This document shows, in pieces, positions 49,461 to 60,837 of a DNA stretch of 64,000 bases. Positions within the stretch are counted from its first letter, which is position 1. Every line of letters starts with the position of its first letter. This stretch comes from Promethearchaeota archaeon. Its GTDB lineage: Archaea; Asgardarchaeota; Lokiarchaeia; Sigyniarchaeales; SOKP01. The DNA lies in contig JAEOTR010000035.1 in the NCBI GenBank assembly GCA_016839705.1, forward strand, positions 44,658-108,657, given 5' to 3'. The notes below the pieces were generated by a model, which made no database searches, was not told where the DNA came from, and saw only the letters and a list, made by a program, of their open reading frames with translations. The translations under genes and the position numbers were made by a program.

Positions 49461-52049
49461 TCACTCTAGAATATCAAATTTGTAAAATAAATAATAAACA
49501 AATTTATAAATTCGAAAAAGTTTCTTAGATAACTTACTCACAATTGTATTAAAAGACGCAATTGAATCGGTTTCTTTTGAGTGTAAAGAATTTTCAAAAT
49601 CTGGATAAGGTAAATTTCCCGTCATTTTAGGAGGACGACCGAGACTTTTCACCTTGTTCCAATTGCTATTTAGCTCTCTTGTCGCCAACCATGTTCTATC
49701 GGTAGTAATATTAAGTGCTTCTTTTGAAGATAATTCGATTTCACCATAAATATTGATAGGTCCAATGCCACCTATGAAATCAACATTCTCAATAGTAATA
49801 GTATTTTCTCCTTGGTGAAGATATTCAGCTATATCGAAAATTTGAATGTTATTTTCTAATATATTAAAGTTAAGTGATTGTCGAGTTATCAAATGCCCTA
49901 CGTAATTGCTATTAATGTTTAGTTTAGTGAAAGTACCACCTAAGATTTGTAAAGATGCTTTATCTATTTTGTCCTCAATTCGCATGACTTTTCTATAAAA
50001 TGTAGTATGAACTTGATGGAGTTTTTTAGAGTTTAAATATATCAGTTCACTAGGAATGTTAGGGTCTTTCCATTTAAGATTGCTATTTATTGCTTTAATT
50101 CTTTCATCATAAAATTTGAGTAACCATAAATATTTTTCTTTGATAGAGTTGAAACCTTCCACTTTTGCACAGCTTGACCATAAAAATTCATAATCATCGA
50201 TTAGGGCACTTAACTCACTTTTTAAATCATTTATTTCTCTTATTTTCATGTTCTTTAGCATTTCGTTTTTTGGAGAGAATTTAACTAGAAACTTGGAATT
50301 TCTTCTTTTTTTGCAATAGAATTTAATATGATTTGCTACAAAAGCAAGATTTCTTATGTTAATTTTATTTTTAGAGACAGCTTTTTCCAACTTTTCACAA
50401 TTGCTTATGATTGCATCCATCTCAGCAATAATTTTCTCATATCCCTTTACTTTTAAGTTTTTACGATACCTTTTCGTATTTTTGGCATAAGGATGAGAAA
50501 AGAAATGATTATAATATGATCTAGGCCGAGTATGTAAAAGATTTTTCTCTTGAATTCTACGAAAATTGCTAAATATGTGTAATAATGTGGGATTTTGGAT
50601 ACCAAAGAAATGAAGACACAAACCTTTCCAGAAAGATAATAAATTAAGATCTTTTAATGGGTCCCATCCAACATAAGCAGAAAAAATGAACCCATAAAAT
50701 CGATTCTCTCGAATTTCTTTATTCCTATAGTCACCCCAACTTGAAGTAATTTCACCTAAAGCTCCCTTTTCATAACCGAGTTTTACTAAATTTGTGATAT
50801 TTTTTTCATATCTACTAATAGTAGGAAAAATGCGATTATAATCTATTATAGAAGGGCTGACGATAACAGGTAAACCTTTTTCTCTTAATTTTAATAAAAT
50901 TGGATGATCTTTCTGAATAGTATAGTTCCAGTACATTATTATAATGTCTTTCGGTAAGTTCTCAATGATATCGTCATATTTGGAGAGGATGTCATGATAA
51001 ATAATTATCTTTTTGTAACCATATTTTTTAGCAATATCGTAAATTTTCTTATAATGGTTGAGATACGCCTTATTTATACTGATAGTATCAACGTATTCTT
51101 TTGAAGCAACCTTTCCTACATCCCAACTTTCATCTGCCCCTATATGAAAATATTCTGAATGGAAAACTTCACTTAATTCACTAATCATTTCATCTAATAA
51201 TTCATATACGTCTTCATTTGCAATATTTAGGCTATTAGAACCCGGAAATTCTCCATATTCCCAATATTTTGGATTAGATAAAATATTTTCCCAATGTCCA
51301 ATTGTTTGGAAAATGGGAATCAGTTCTACAAAATGTTTCCTCGCATAGTCTTGTAGTTCAATTATCTCTTCTTTTGAATATGAACCCCGATCTTTCCCAA
51401 TTTCCGGATGGTTCGTAAATTTAAACATATCTTGCATGTAGACTAGATAATATTGATTAACTTTATAGTGACTCAATTCTTTTATGAATTTTTTTAAATT
51501 ATCAATTGTAGGTGCTTGTCCTCTTGATATATCGTCTGAAACACCCCTGATTGTTAAAAGAGGAGAATCCATTATTCTTAGTTCATTTAATGATAATTTA
51601 TCTTGACTTGAGTTTATTATTTGGATTAAAGTTTGAATTCCATAATATATACCTTGAGGAGAAGATGCCCCTATAAAGAGGTTAGATTCTGTCGAGACCA
51701 GAATATATCCTTGACTATTAAAATTTCGTTCATTTACAAGTTGCGTAATATAATTCTCTGGAAAAAAGCCTTTTTGTTGCTCTAAAACTAGTTCTAAATT
51801 CTTATTCCTATAATTAGAGTCAACCTGTTGAACCTCTAATCTTTTGTTTAAGCCAAAAATTGCTAATTCATCTTGGAATTGGTCAATAATGAACCAATCT
51901 TCATTTTTTAAGTCAGTAACTATGCTAGTATGCTCTGTAATTCTTAATTTTTGAGCACTTTCTACTTTAATATAACGAGGTGGAGGGATTAAGAACAACT
52001 CTTCTTTATTCATTTCGACCTTAACTAAATTTTCCAGAAAAAGAAACAT
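49461..52049 (-). CDS. Glycoside hydrolase family 20 (beta-N-acetylhexosaminidase)
   Basis: [27 protein letters not shown] catalytic motif. Confidence 0.9.
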   Translation of the reverse strand: MFLFLENLVKVEMNKEELFLIPPPRYIKVESAQKLRITEHTSIVTDLKNEDWFIIDQFQDELAIFGLNKRLEVQQVDSNYRNKNLELVLEQQKGFFPENYITQLVNERNFNSQGYILVSTESNLFIGASSPQGIYYGIQTLIQIINSSQDKLSLNELRIMDSPLLTIRGVSDDISRGQAPTIDNLKKFIKELSHYKVNQYYLVYMQDMFKFTNHPEIGKDRGSYSKEEIIELQDYARKHFVELIPIFQTIGHWENILSNPKYWEYGEFPGSNSLNIANEDVYELLDEMISELSEVFHSEYFHIGADESWDVGKVASKEYVDTISINKAYLNHYKKIYDIAKKYGYKKIIIYHDILSKYDDIIENLPKDIIIMYWNYTIQKDHPILLKLREKGLPVIVSPSIIDYNRIFPTISRYEKNITNLVKLGYEKGALGEITSSWGDYRNKEIRENRFYGFIFSAYVGWDPLKDLNLLSFWKGLCLHFFGIQNPTLLHIFSNFRRIQEKNLLHTRPRSYYNHFFSHPYAKNTKRYRKNLKVKGYEKIIAEMDAIISNCEKLEKAVSKNKINIRNLAFVANHIKFYCKKRRNSKFLVKFSPKNEMLKNMKIREINDLKSELSALIDDYEFLWSSCAKVEGFNSIKEKYLWLLKFYDERIKAINSNLKWKDPNIPSELIYLNSKKLHQVHTTFYRKVMRIEDKIDKASLQILGGTFTKLNINSNYVGHLITRQSLNFNILENNIQIFDIAEYLHQGENTITIENVDFIGGIGPINIYGEIELSSKEALNITTDRTWLATRELNSNWNKVKSLGRPPKMTGNLPYPDFENSLHSKETDSIASFNTIVSKLSKKLFRIYKFVYYLFYKFDILE

Positions 52050-52159
52050 AATATAAATTAAATAAAAGGATACAAAAAAACTTAGCTAAATTTTCCCCAC
52101 ATTCCAAAATAAAATAAGAATTTACGAATGATTTTTTTATAGTTAGTAGAGGGCTTCTC

Positions 52160-52543
52160 TTAAGTCTTTTCAAGAGTAAGAGGATCGCCACCTCGCTTGA
52201 CTTTCTTTCCCTTGTAATAGAGGGTCGACATTTCTTCGCATATTTTATTCCATTCTTCTAATCCGAGCTTTTCTATCATTATCAAATTATACACTTTTGA
52301 ATTATGGGGAGTAAACATTTCAAAGTGAACAATTGGTTGGAGCATTTCACAGGGAAAATCATCACATTCATAACAGAATTCGTGTCCTTTATTGGTAACG
52401 CATTCGTAAGTCTTACAAAGGGGACCATTCAAAACTTTTCCCTCTCGTTCCCTACACCCTTCACATCCAAGGCGTTCTGATGCTAAGCATCTTTTACAGT
52501 AAATTCCGCAAGGCGCGTGCCAATGCAATAATTCTTCTGACAT
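52160..52543 (-). CDS. DUF3795-like Cys-rich protein
   Basis: APCGIYCKRC...CEGCR...FCYECDDFPC. Confidence 0.82.
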   Translation of the reverse strand: MSEELLHWHAPCGIYCKRCLASERLGCEGCREREGKVLNGPLCKTYECVTNKGHEFCYECDDFPCEMLQPIVHFEMFTPHNSKVYNLIMIEKLGLEEWNKICEEMSTLYYKGKKVKRGGDPLTLEKT

Positions 52544-52877
52544 TTTACAAAACCAAAGAAAATAATTTAATTAGTTTAGATTGAACTCAGAAATAAAGTT
52601 TATGATTAATTTGTATCTGTTGTGCTAAATAACTTTACTGTATTATCATAGATCCTTTTTTCTTTTAATTATTCCTTTAAACACATTACCAAAGGTTTTT
52701 CAAATTTACCTTTGTGTCCTGCAAACTATCTTTAATCCAAAACCTTGAATTTTTTTATATCTTAATTGTTATGAACTACATCGGCTAAGAAAATTTGAGT
52801 TTGTATAAGCTTTTAAATAATATGATATAATTTTCAGTTATATCTAAAAAAAATAATTTCTATGGATGTGAAGAATA

Positions 52878-53414
52878 TTGGACATGAAAATATTTAAAAA
52901 GACATATAAATTTGTCTGTGATGAATGTGGGGCATTTGCACATACAAAAATGGAATATTGCGAAAGTTGTGGGGTACAGGCTTTAAGGAATGCAAAAAAT
53001 GAGGATTATGCGAGATTTGAAATGGAAAAAAAAAGGGATACTAAAGAACAGCAGATAATATTTGAAAAAGATAAAGAAACTAGGATAGTTGCTGAGAGAG
53101 CTGAGAAAGTATCTGAGAAAGCTAGGATGGTTGCTGAGAAAGCTGAAAAAAAAGCTGAGAAGCTATCTGAGAAGACAGGTAAGAAACCTGAGGATGTTGA
53201 GAAAATAGCTGAGAAAGCTAGGATGATTACTGAGAAAGCTGAGAGGACAACTAAGAAAGCTGAGAAGAAAGTTGAGAAGGAAGCTAAGAAAGCTAAAGAG
53301 AAAGAAGAGAAAGCTAAGAAGGGTGTTGAGAAAGCTAAGAAGGGTGTTGAGGAAGCTAAGAAAAGAGTCGAGAGAACTAAGGAGGCAGCTAAGACGAAAG
53401 CAGAGGAAACTTAG
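52878..53414 (+). CDS. Zinc-ribbon protein with long A/E/K-rich low-complexity helical tail
   Basis: CDECG...CESCG, then repeated gctgagaaa / AEK units. Confidence 0.7.
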   Translation: MDMKIFKKTYKFVCDECGAFAHTKMEYCESCGVQALRNAKNEDYARFEMEKKRDTKEQQIIFEKDKETRIVAERAEKVSEKARMVAEKAEKKAEKLSEKTGKKPEDVEKIAEKARMITEKAERTTKKAEKKVEKEAKKAKEKEEKAKKGVEKAKKGVEEAKKRVERTKEAAKTKAEET

Positions 53415-53489
53415 CTTTTTTGGTAGTATAATTTGATTGATATATGGAACAGAAAAGATAATAGTTTTTCCAAATATAAGGTTATTATT

Positions 53490-53759
53490 TTACCCTTTTT
53501 CGAAGACTATGCCAGTACCACCAGCAGGATATTTAAACTTAATTGCTCCTGCCTCACACACTTGAAAGCAAGAAGCACATTCTACACATTTTGACTTGTA
53601 ATCATCAATAATATAGACCTTCCCATCTTTTTTTCGCCATAAATTCATTATACAGATTATCAAACATCGGACACAATTATTACATTTATCATTATCTATT
53701 GATATGAAATCTCCAGTACCAGGGATTCGTTTAGTTAAATTTTCTATATCAATTTTCAT
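53490..53759 (-). CDS. FixX-like ferredoxin
   Basis: CNNCVRCLIIC; CVECASCFQVC; FKYPAGGTGI. Confidence 0.88.
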   Translation of the reverse strand: MKIDIENLTKRIPGTGDFISIDNDKCNNCVRCLIICIMNLWRKKDGKVYIIDDYKSKCVECASCFQVCEAGAIKFKYPAGGTGIVFEKG

Positions 53760-55165
53760 TTAACTTGACCACCTCTTCTGTTCTTTTTTTCTGGCAGCAT
53801 ATCTAGGAGTTTGGGTAATATCTTCATAATCTTTTTTGGATCCGTAATTTTATCTAGATCATCTTCAAAGATTTTCGCAATTAAAGGAAATATATATGTC
53901 ATTATAAAAGGAGTTGCTTTGGGCATGTATGATTTAACATGACTTAAGATTTGACGTACTCTTGTAGCATGAGGCTGAGACCAATCGAATATTCCCCCTA
54001 AAACTTCCATTATCATCGGTATAAACCAAGACATAGTTTCTTTAGGGCTAAATGGTAACGCTTTCCAAATATTCCATAGCTCTTTTCCAGCATTAAAGTC
54101 TTCTCCTAAGCTAGTTTTTTGCCATTGCTCATCAAATTTCTTAAGAGCTGTTTTTGATATATCTTCTGATTGAATAGCTTCTACTGCCACTTCAGCAGCA
54201 ATCTTACCCGTTATCATTGCAGGATATATACCTTCAGCCTCAAGAGGACATGGAAAACCACCTGCATCACCAATCAATATTACTCCATTAGTATGAGTAT
54301 TATAAGGATAATCTAACCAGGGTAATAAGTGAGCTTGTAGTTCACGTGTTTTGGCTTCAAGGATTCTTAGCAATCTTTGGTAATATTTCAAATTAATAAC
54401 TCGATTTAAATAATATAATGGATTTTTATCCCACCAATTCATCCAATTTCCTAATCCTTGATGAAAACCATCATTAAAGAATACTTGATATGAAGCTGGG
54501 AAATTTGAACCCCACCAAACTCCTAATGCCTCATCACCCATAATATCAGTGATCTTTTCAGAAGGCGCCTGAAAGTCATATTGTGGTACTAATGTAACCT
54601 GATGCTGGGCCCATCTATTTCTTAATCCAGATTTTTGTGCTACAGTGGATATCACGCCATCTGCACCAATCACAATTGGCGCTTTATATTTTTCACCTTT
54701 TTCATCAATAACACCACACACAACACCATCATTTTTCAATAGATCAACAATTAATGTTGAAGTTTTCAATTCCGCCCCAGCGTTAGTAGCAAACTCAGCA
54801 ATCCACGGATCGAACTCACTACGATATACATTCATAGTTATCCATGATTTAGCTGGTTCATATGAAACAGATTCAGTTGGTCGTGCCATAATATAACCCG
54901 CTACGACATCATCTTTATTTATGAAATAATTCCGCGCAGCTACCCCTGCTCTCATCGAAGGACATTTTTCAGGGGTTAAATCATTCATCATTTCAGGGAA
55001 ATCTCTAAACATACGAGGGCCTAATCCACATCCAGAAGAATTTTTCTAACCGGGTTTACGTCCACGCTCAAAAAAAATAGGATTTAATCCCTTTTCCGCA
55101 GCAGTCTTAGCTGCTAGAGCTCCTCCTGGCCCCGCACCAACTATTATAAGATCATAACTTTTCAT
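53756..55165 (-). pseudogene. FixC/GGR-like FAD oxidoreductase interrupted by an in-frame TAG at codon 40
   Basis: [15 protein letters not shown]...ERGRKPG*KNSSG continues in frame into the 418-aa ORF (IGADG, IGDAGG...EGI). Confidence 0.8.
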
Positions 55166-55409
55166 TTGAATTTCCTTTTCATAATTTCATTAAAAACTAG
55201 ATTGGTTACTAATGCATATTTTTAATTAATATTTATTATTTAGAAATTAGCTAAGATTAATAGCTTATAGCATTTCAAATGACCCTAAATTATTTGATGA
55301 ATATTCACCAGACCAATTACAAATAACAGCCCAGTCTTCTAAAAATCATAAAATTTCGATGCTATTTTTCTTTAAATTTCATTTTGAATTATTTTACTTG
55401 GTTTTTTAT

Positions 55410-55682
55410 ATGGGAAGAACGGTTCCTTCTTTTAGACCTGCATTAGAGCACGAAATTGAGAGCTGGAAAGACTTTAAAAGAGCACTTCGGGTGGAAGAAC
55501 AACAAATATTTAACAAATTAATGAACTATGCTCGAATACACGCCGATGCAGGTAGCATGAGCGCACGTCCAATGCTGTCAGAAGTATTATTCCTTTCTTT
55601 TGCAGTTGAACAAGAAAAAAAAATTGAGATGCTCGAAAAGAAAGTAAAAGAATTAGAAGAAATGATAAAAGGGAAAGATTAG
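55410..55682 (+). CDS. Small PolB2-associated helical protein (arCOG07300-like)
   Basis: MGRTVPSFR...W..FKRALR; ends 3 bp before polB2. Confidence 0.75.
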   Translation: MGRTVPSFRPALEHEIESWKDFKRALRVEEQQIFNKLMNYARIHADAGSMSARPMLSEVLFLSFAVEQEKKIEMLEKKVKELEEMIKGKD

Positions 55683-55685
55683 AGA

Positions 55686-58091
55686 TTGAACTTTCAAAAA
55701 CAATTTAACGGTTGGCTTTTTGATGTCTCCGCAAATAGCAATGGAGTGATTCTTTGGGTGAAAACCGCAAAAGAGCAAAAGATTGTAAAAATATTTGATG
55801 ACTTCTACCCCGAGTTTTTTGCTGTGCCAAAGAAGCGTATGGGTAAAGACTTTAAGCGGTTGGAGAACATTCTTCAGTCCCATCACGATGTAAAAGACGT
55901 GCGGATTTGCGATAAATATGTGAAGCTAGAAGATCATAAGAAGACAAAAATCTTTGGAGTCTCAGTGGTGAAACCTTCAGTATTTAAAAAGACAATTAAA
56001 GCAATTGATAAGATTGGTTTCTTTACTTTATATAATACCGATCTTCCAATCGCTCAAATGTATTTCTATATGAATGATCTCTTTCCCATGTCGTTGTGCC
56101 GCTTCGAGATCAAATTTGAAAAAAAGAGAAAAACTGGGGAGCAGTTCATGCAGTTAATGTCATTAGCTTTAAAAGATGATAATGAGGTACTGTTTTATGA
56201 TTTACCTCCAATAAAAGCTGTATGGCTGGATATCAAAATAAATCAACGAGGGTTAAGAACGTACTTTAATGACCCTCTGGAATACGTAGAAGTGAGTATT
56301 GTTGAAAAAGATCACACGTCTAACATCCCCAGGGCAGATGGTCAGAAAAAAAAAACGATTCTCATCGATGAGGCTGATGAAGCAGAAACCATCAAAGCAA
56401 TTAGCAAGGTCATTGAAAGATTGGATCCTGATATTATACTAACTCGTGGAGGAGATGAATTTGTATTTCCATATTTGGTTGCACGAGCATCAGTGAATCA
56501 CGTGTTACGAGATCTCTATCTTTCTCGGAATAAAACACCACTAAGAAATTGCATCTTTCACCTGTCAGGAAACTCAGATCATTATATGACTTATGGGATA
56601 ATAATGCGTCGCTCAAAAACACAGGTGTATCTTACTGGACGTTTTCATTTGGATACCACATCTTATGGGAGTTTACACTTTAGCGAGGGAAATATACCCG
56701 GAGTCATTGAAGTTGCAAGGATATCTCGAGTTCCTATGCAAAGATTATGTAGAATAACAATTGGAGGTGCGCTTCAGTCGATACAGTATTATAATGCGTA
56801 CAAGCTAGGTCACCTTATTCCACCTTTCAAGAAAAGTCCTGAAGGATTTAGAAGTGGCATGGATCTGATCACGAATGACCGAGGGGGTCACATATTCGAA
56901 CCGTTGATTGGTGTTTTTGATCAAGTTGTAGAACTAGACTTTTCTTCAATGTATCCCTCCCTAATGGCTAATTTTAACATATCTTCAGAAACTCTCAATT
57001 GCAAATGTTGTAAAGATGACGGCACCGGTGTAAAAGTACCGGGCTTAGATTTCCATATATGTTCGAAAAGAGAAGGGATAATCTCAAAATCTATTAGCTT
57101 ACCATTACGGAAGAGATTGGAATGTAAGGAATATAACAGGCACAATGATGATTTGCGATATAAATTCGTTGATATTGCTCTAAAATGGGTACTTGTAGTG
57201 AGTTTTGGATACTTAGGCTTTAGAAACGCTCGATTTGGTAAGATTGAGGCACATCAAACAGTTTGTGCGTTTGCTCGTGAATTCCTTATGCGATCTGCCG
57301 AAATTGCCACAAAGTATGGATGCAGAGTCGTCCACGGAATTGTTGATTCAATGTGGCTCCAAGACACCAAAGGAAGAACTCCAGAAGAATTTGAAAGACT
57401 GACAAAAGAAATTGCAGACGAAATAACAAAAACTGTTGGCGTGCCTATGAGCTGGGACGGACGTTTCAATACCATCGTTTTCCTACCCTCTCGAGCAGAA
57501 CCTGACGTACCCGCACTCAGTCATTATTGGGGTATAAAATCTGACGGCGAGGTTAAGGTAAGAGGTATCGAAGTAAGACGTAGAGATATACCCAAAATCG
57601 TAAAAGATGCTCAGTATGCATTTATTGATACATTCCAAGGAGCAGAGACAGTCGAAGAATTCAAAAAGAGAATTCCCGATGCAAAGAAAAAGCTCTATGA
57701 ATATGTAGAAAGAATATATTCCGGGAACGTATCAAGAGATGAGCTTACAATTCGTCAGAAAATCTCTCGAAGACCCTCTCAATATAAAGTTAATAGTTAC
57801 CAAGCGGTTGCTGCTCGACAATTAGAACGATCAGGTGTTATTGCTTCGGCAGGAAAAAACGTGAGATATATTATTCTTAATGCAGAAGCGGATCCAGATT
57901 TTCCTGAAAAAAAAGTCATTCTTTCAGACTTATATGATGACAATAAACACGAATATGATAGAAAGAAGTATGTTGAATTGCTGAAAAGAGCTTTTGAAAA
58001 CATCTTTCCTTTTGAATTTGAGCTTGATGATTTACTGAAGCCAGATTATAATAAGAAGTCTCTTCAGAAAGATCTGTCATGTTTCATTTAA
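55686..58091 (+). CDS. polB2: Family B DNA polymerase, PolB2/Dpo2 group
   Basis: LDFSSMYPS motif A, LKWVLVVSFGYLG motif B, HGIVDS in place of YGDTDS, RGIEVRRRD; C-terminal QKDLSCF. Confidence 0.9.
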   Translation: MNFQKQFNGWLFDVSANSNGVILWVKTAKEQKIVKIFDDFYPEFFAVPKKRMGKDFKRLENILQSHHDVKDVRICDKYVKLEDHKKTKIFGVSVVKPSVFKKTIKAIDKIGFFTLYNTDLPIAQMYFYMNDLFPMSLCRFEIKFEKKRKTGEQFMQLMSLALKDDNEVLFYDLPPIKAVWLDIKINQRGLRTYFNDPLEYVEVSIVEKDHTSNIPRADGQKKKTILIDEADEAETIKAISKVIERLDPDIILTRGGDEFVFPYLVARASVNHVLRDLYLSRNKTPLRNCIFHLSGNSDHYMTYGIIMRRSKTQVYLTGRFHLDTTSYGSLHFSEGNIPGVIEVARISRVPMQRLCRITIGGALQSIQYYNAYKLGHLIPPFKKSPEGFRSGMDLITNDRGGHIFEPLIGVFDQVVELDFSSMYPSLMANFNISSETLNCKCCKDDGTGVKVPGLDFHICSKREGIISKSISLPLRKRLECKEYNRHNDDLRYKFVDIALKWVLVVSFGYLGFRNARFGKIEAHQTVCAFAREFLMRSAEIATKYGCRVVHGIVDSMWLQDTKGRTPEEFERLTKEIADEITKTVGVPMSWDGRFNTIVFLPSRAEPDVPALSHYWGIKSDGEVKVRGIEVRRRDIPKIVKDAQYAFIDTFQGAETVEEFKKRIPDAKKKLYEYVERIYSGNVSRDELTIRQKISRRPSQYKVNSYQAVAARQLERSGVIASAGKNVRYIILNAEADPDFPEKKVILSDLYDDNKHEYDRKKYVELLKRAFENIFPFEFELDDLLKPDYNKKSLQKDLSCFI

Positions 58092-58116
58092 TACAGATTA
58101 GAGATTAAGCCGATAG

Positions 58117-58992
58117 TTATAATATTAGGTTTCTTCCATCGAATATTGGTTTCATTTCTAGCTGAGTAGCTTTTTCCTGCATTTCCTCCTCTGGAGGACC
58201 CATTTTGTAACGGCTAGCTGCATCGAGTATTTTAGGCAAAACATGAATATCGCTGCTTGTATTGAGGAAAATTCCTTCTCTTTTCAAAACCCAATGAACA
58301 GCACGGTCTATATCGATTTGATCCTCAAAAGGTTCGTACCATGTAGATCGGATCCTTTCTTTTTTACCCCAGGGGCGTCGTGCTAACGATTTGATTGTTT
58401 GCACTGCCACTTTGCGTTCCATAGATAATTCTAAAAGGCTTTCAAAATCAGTCGCATATTTTGGATTTTGTATCATCATATAATTATATGGTAAAAGAAC
58501 AGAATCAAATTCAAATTCTTCCAAGCTTTGTTTGTGCATAGCAGCTACTGTGTATCCGTGTCCTGTCACGCCAATATATTTCACTAACCCCTGTTTACGG
58601 GCTTCAACAGCGGCTTTTAAGGCTCCATCAACCCCCATTACTTTTTTCCAGCTAGCTCGAGACGTTAGATTATGGAATTGAATTAGATCTATTGACGATA
58701 CCCGCAATCGCTTAAGAGAGTCTTGTATTTGATCGACTGCTTCCTGGTACCCTCTTCTAAATACTTTTGTGGCAAGGAAGAACTTATCACGATGTTTCTC
58801 CATCCAAGGGCCAATTCGTAATTCTGATTCTCCATATCCTGCAGCCGTATCAATATGATTTATACCATATTTAAGAAGTACTTCTAGGGTTTGATCCGCT
58901 TCATCTTGTGTAACATTACTAAAAGCTGCAGCTCCAAAAATGATTCTGGTACTCATGTGACCAGTTTTACCAAATTCAAGTTTAGGTATCAT
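58117..58992 (-). CDS. Aldo/keto reductase
   Basis: GINHIDTAAGYG.SE, LATK, IDLIQFH. Confidence 0.92.
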   Translation of the reverse strand: MIPKLEFGKTGHMSTRIIFGAAAFSNVTQDEADQTLEVLLKYGINHIDTAAGYGESELRIGPWMEKHRDKFFLATKVFRRGYQEAVDQIQDSLKRLRVSSIDLIQFHNLTSRASWKKVMGVDGALKAAVEARKQGLVKYIGVTGHGYTVAAMHKQSLEEFEFDSVLLPYNYMMIQNPKYATDFESLLELSMERKVAVQTIKSLARRPWGKKERIRSTWYEPFEDQIDIDRAVHWVLKREGIFLNTSSDIHVLPKILDAASRYKMGPPEEEMQEKATQLEMKPIFDGRNLIL

Positions 58993-59089
58993 TTTCTACC
59001 AACTAAATTTGTTTATACTTTTTAAATTTTTACCAATTATTAAAAAAAAAATTAGGGAATTGAAAAAACTTCAAAAAAATCAAAAAGGA

Positions 59090-59225
59090 TGATCACTAAA
59101 CATATCAACTCTAAGAAAATTACGATTATTTTTGTCTGTACATATTGTACACCAATTTCCTTGGTATATAACGCCTTGCGTAGTATCCCATTTGTGGTCG
59201 CGTTTGCATCTGATTTTTAGGGTTT
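59090..59225 (-). pseudogene. Remnant of a treble-clef/zinc-ribbon domain gene
   Basis: Reverse strand reads LKIRCKRDHKWDTTQGVIYQGNWCTIC; no start codon context. Confidence 0.5.
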
Positions 59226-59452
59226 AAATCGTCCCACAATCTTATTTAAATATTCAATATTTGAAAAATTCTAAGTCTCGCTGATCTCTTTAATGCTAGC
59301 TTCAACAAATCAAAAAAGGGAAATGTCAAACTCTTTTGTGATTTAAATATAAGGAATCCGATATTATGATTTATTAATGAATTCTATATAAATTTGCAAT
59401 TGTTATTTAAATTATAGCTAGATTCTTAAACATTAAGTTAAGTGAAAATTTT

Positions 59453-59893
59453 ATGAGCTTTAGAATTGAAAGTAAGGACCAATTTGTCGAACTGTGGACG
59501 AATATTTACAATAACGAAGACAAGCCAGATTGGTCCCATATTCTCCCATATTATGATGACAATATCTATTTCCGTGATGCAATTCAAGAAATTCGCGGCA
59601 TGAAAGAATTTAAACCAATGACAGAACGGTTAGTTGAGCGATCTCGAGATTTAAAGATGAAAATTATCAACATTCTTTTTGAGGGAAATATTATTTTTTT
59701 TGAATGGGAGATGACATTAAGATTTAAGAAATATCCGAACTCGAGATTATTCGGTTCAAGTAGAATAACCTTGAATGAAGAGGGTAAAATAATTGCACAA
59801 CGGGACTATTACGATCTTTGGGGTGATATTTTTGATAATATTCCATTTCTTGCAGATAAATATCGGAAGTTTATGAAGAAAAGGTTCGGGTGA
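59453..59893 (+). CDS. SnoaL/NTF2-like protein
   Basis: Y.D.I.F.D, EW.M, GKII.QRDYYD. Confidence 0.88.
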   Translation: MSFRIESKDQFVELWTNIYNNEDKPDWSHILPYYDDNIYFRDAIQEIRGMKEFKPMTERLVERSRDLKMKIINILFEGNIIFFEWEMTLRFKKYPNSRLFGSSRITLNEEGKIIAQRDYYDLWGDIFDNIPFLADKYRKFMKKRFG

Positions 59894-60837
59894 TTTCCGT
59901 GAATAAATACTTAAAAGAGTATAAGCTTTCTCAGATGCGTGCGATGCGTAAGAATAAAAAAGCAGAGCTTAAGGAATGCCTTGAAGACTTTAATGGAAAA
60001 TTAGTAGTTATTACGGGCGCAACATCTGGAATCGGTTATTATACTGCAAGAAAGTATGCTTCACATGGAGCTAATCTTTTATTAATAAATCGAAACGAAG
60101 AAAAATCAATTACCGTATGCGAAGAAATTCGTCAGGATTTTGGTGTAGAGTGTGAATATAAGATTGCGGATTTTGCCCACATTTCAGAGGTTCGGAATGT
60201 TGCCTATGAGCTTTTAGATTCAAAAATAAAAATTGATGTTTTTATTCATAATGCAGGTGTTTATTCAACAAAAAAGTTGTTTACTGAAGATAATCTTGAA
60301 CTAGTTTTTCAAGTAGATTATCTTGGTTTTTTTATTTTAAATTATATATTAAAGGATAAATTTAAAGCTAATGGTAAGACGAGAGTTTTGTTAGTTAATT
60401 CCGAAGGTCACCGCTTTGCTCTTTCGGGATTGGATTTAGATGATCTTGAATGGGAAAAGCACCATTATTCAGGTTTGCGTAGTTATGGGAAAGCTAAAAC
60501 TGCTCAACTTCTTTCAATGATTAAATTTGACGAGTATTTCGCGGATAGCGGAGTATCTATAAATGCGATGCATCCTGGTAGCGTAAAAACCAACATGGGA
60601 GAAAATAATGGGAGATCTTATCGACTTTTTAAACATCTTTTAATTGATCGATCAGCAAAATCACCTGAGATATCCGCTAAAGCTTTATATTACCTCGGAG
60701 TTTCAAAGGAAATGGAAGGAGTGAGCGGAAAATTTTTGCGACTTACTGCAGAAGAAGAACCAGCACCTCATGCATTAGATAGAGAAGTTGCAGGGGAGCT
60801 TTGGGATTTAAGCATCAAGTTAGGTGGTTTAGAATAA
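59890..60837 (+). CDS. Short-chain dehydrogenase/reductase (retinol DH/WWOX-like)
   Basis: TGATSGIG, HNAG, YGKAK, HPGSVKT. Confidence 0.92.
   Translation: MISVNKYLKEYKLSQMRAMRKNKKAELKECLEDFNGKLVVITGATSGIGYYTARKYASHGANLLLINRNEEKSITVCEEIRQDFGVECEYKIADFAHISEVRNVAYELLDSKIKIDVFIHNAGVYSTKKLFTEDNLELVFQVDYLGFFILNYILKDKFKANGKTRVLLVNSEGHRFALSGLDLDDLEWEKHHYSGLRSYGKAKTAQLLSMIKFDEYFADSGVSINAMHPGSVKTNMGENNGRSYRLFKHLLIDRSAKSPEISAKALYYLGVSKEMEGVSGKFLRLTAEEEPAPHALDREVAGELWDLSIKLGGLE

Noticed and set aside
55345-55385. Two AATTTC hexamers upstream of the polB2 operon resembling the Sulfolobales damage-response motif ANTTTC
   Set aside because: Expected by chance in AT-rich DNA; needs enrichment statistics
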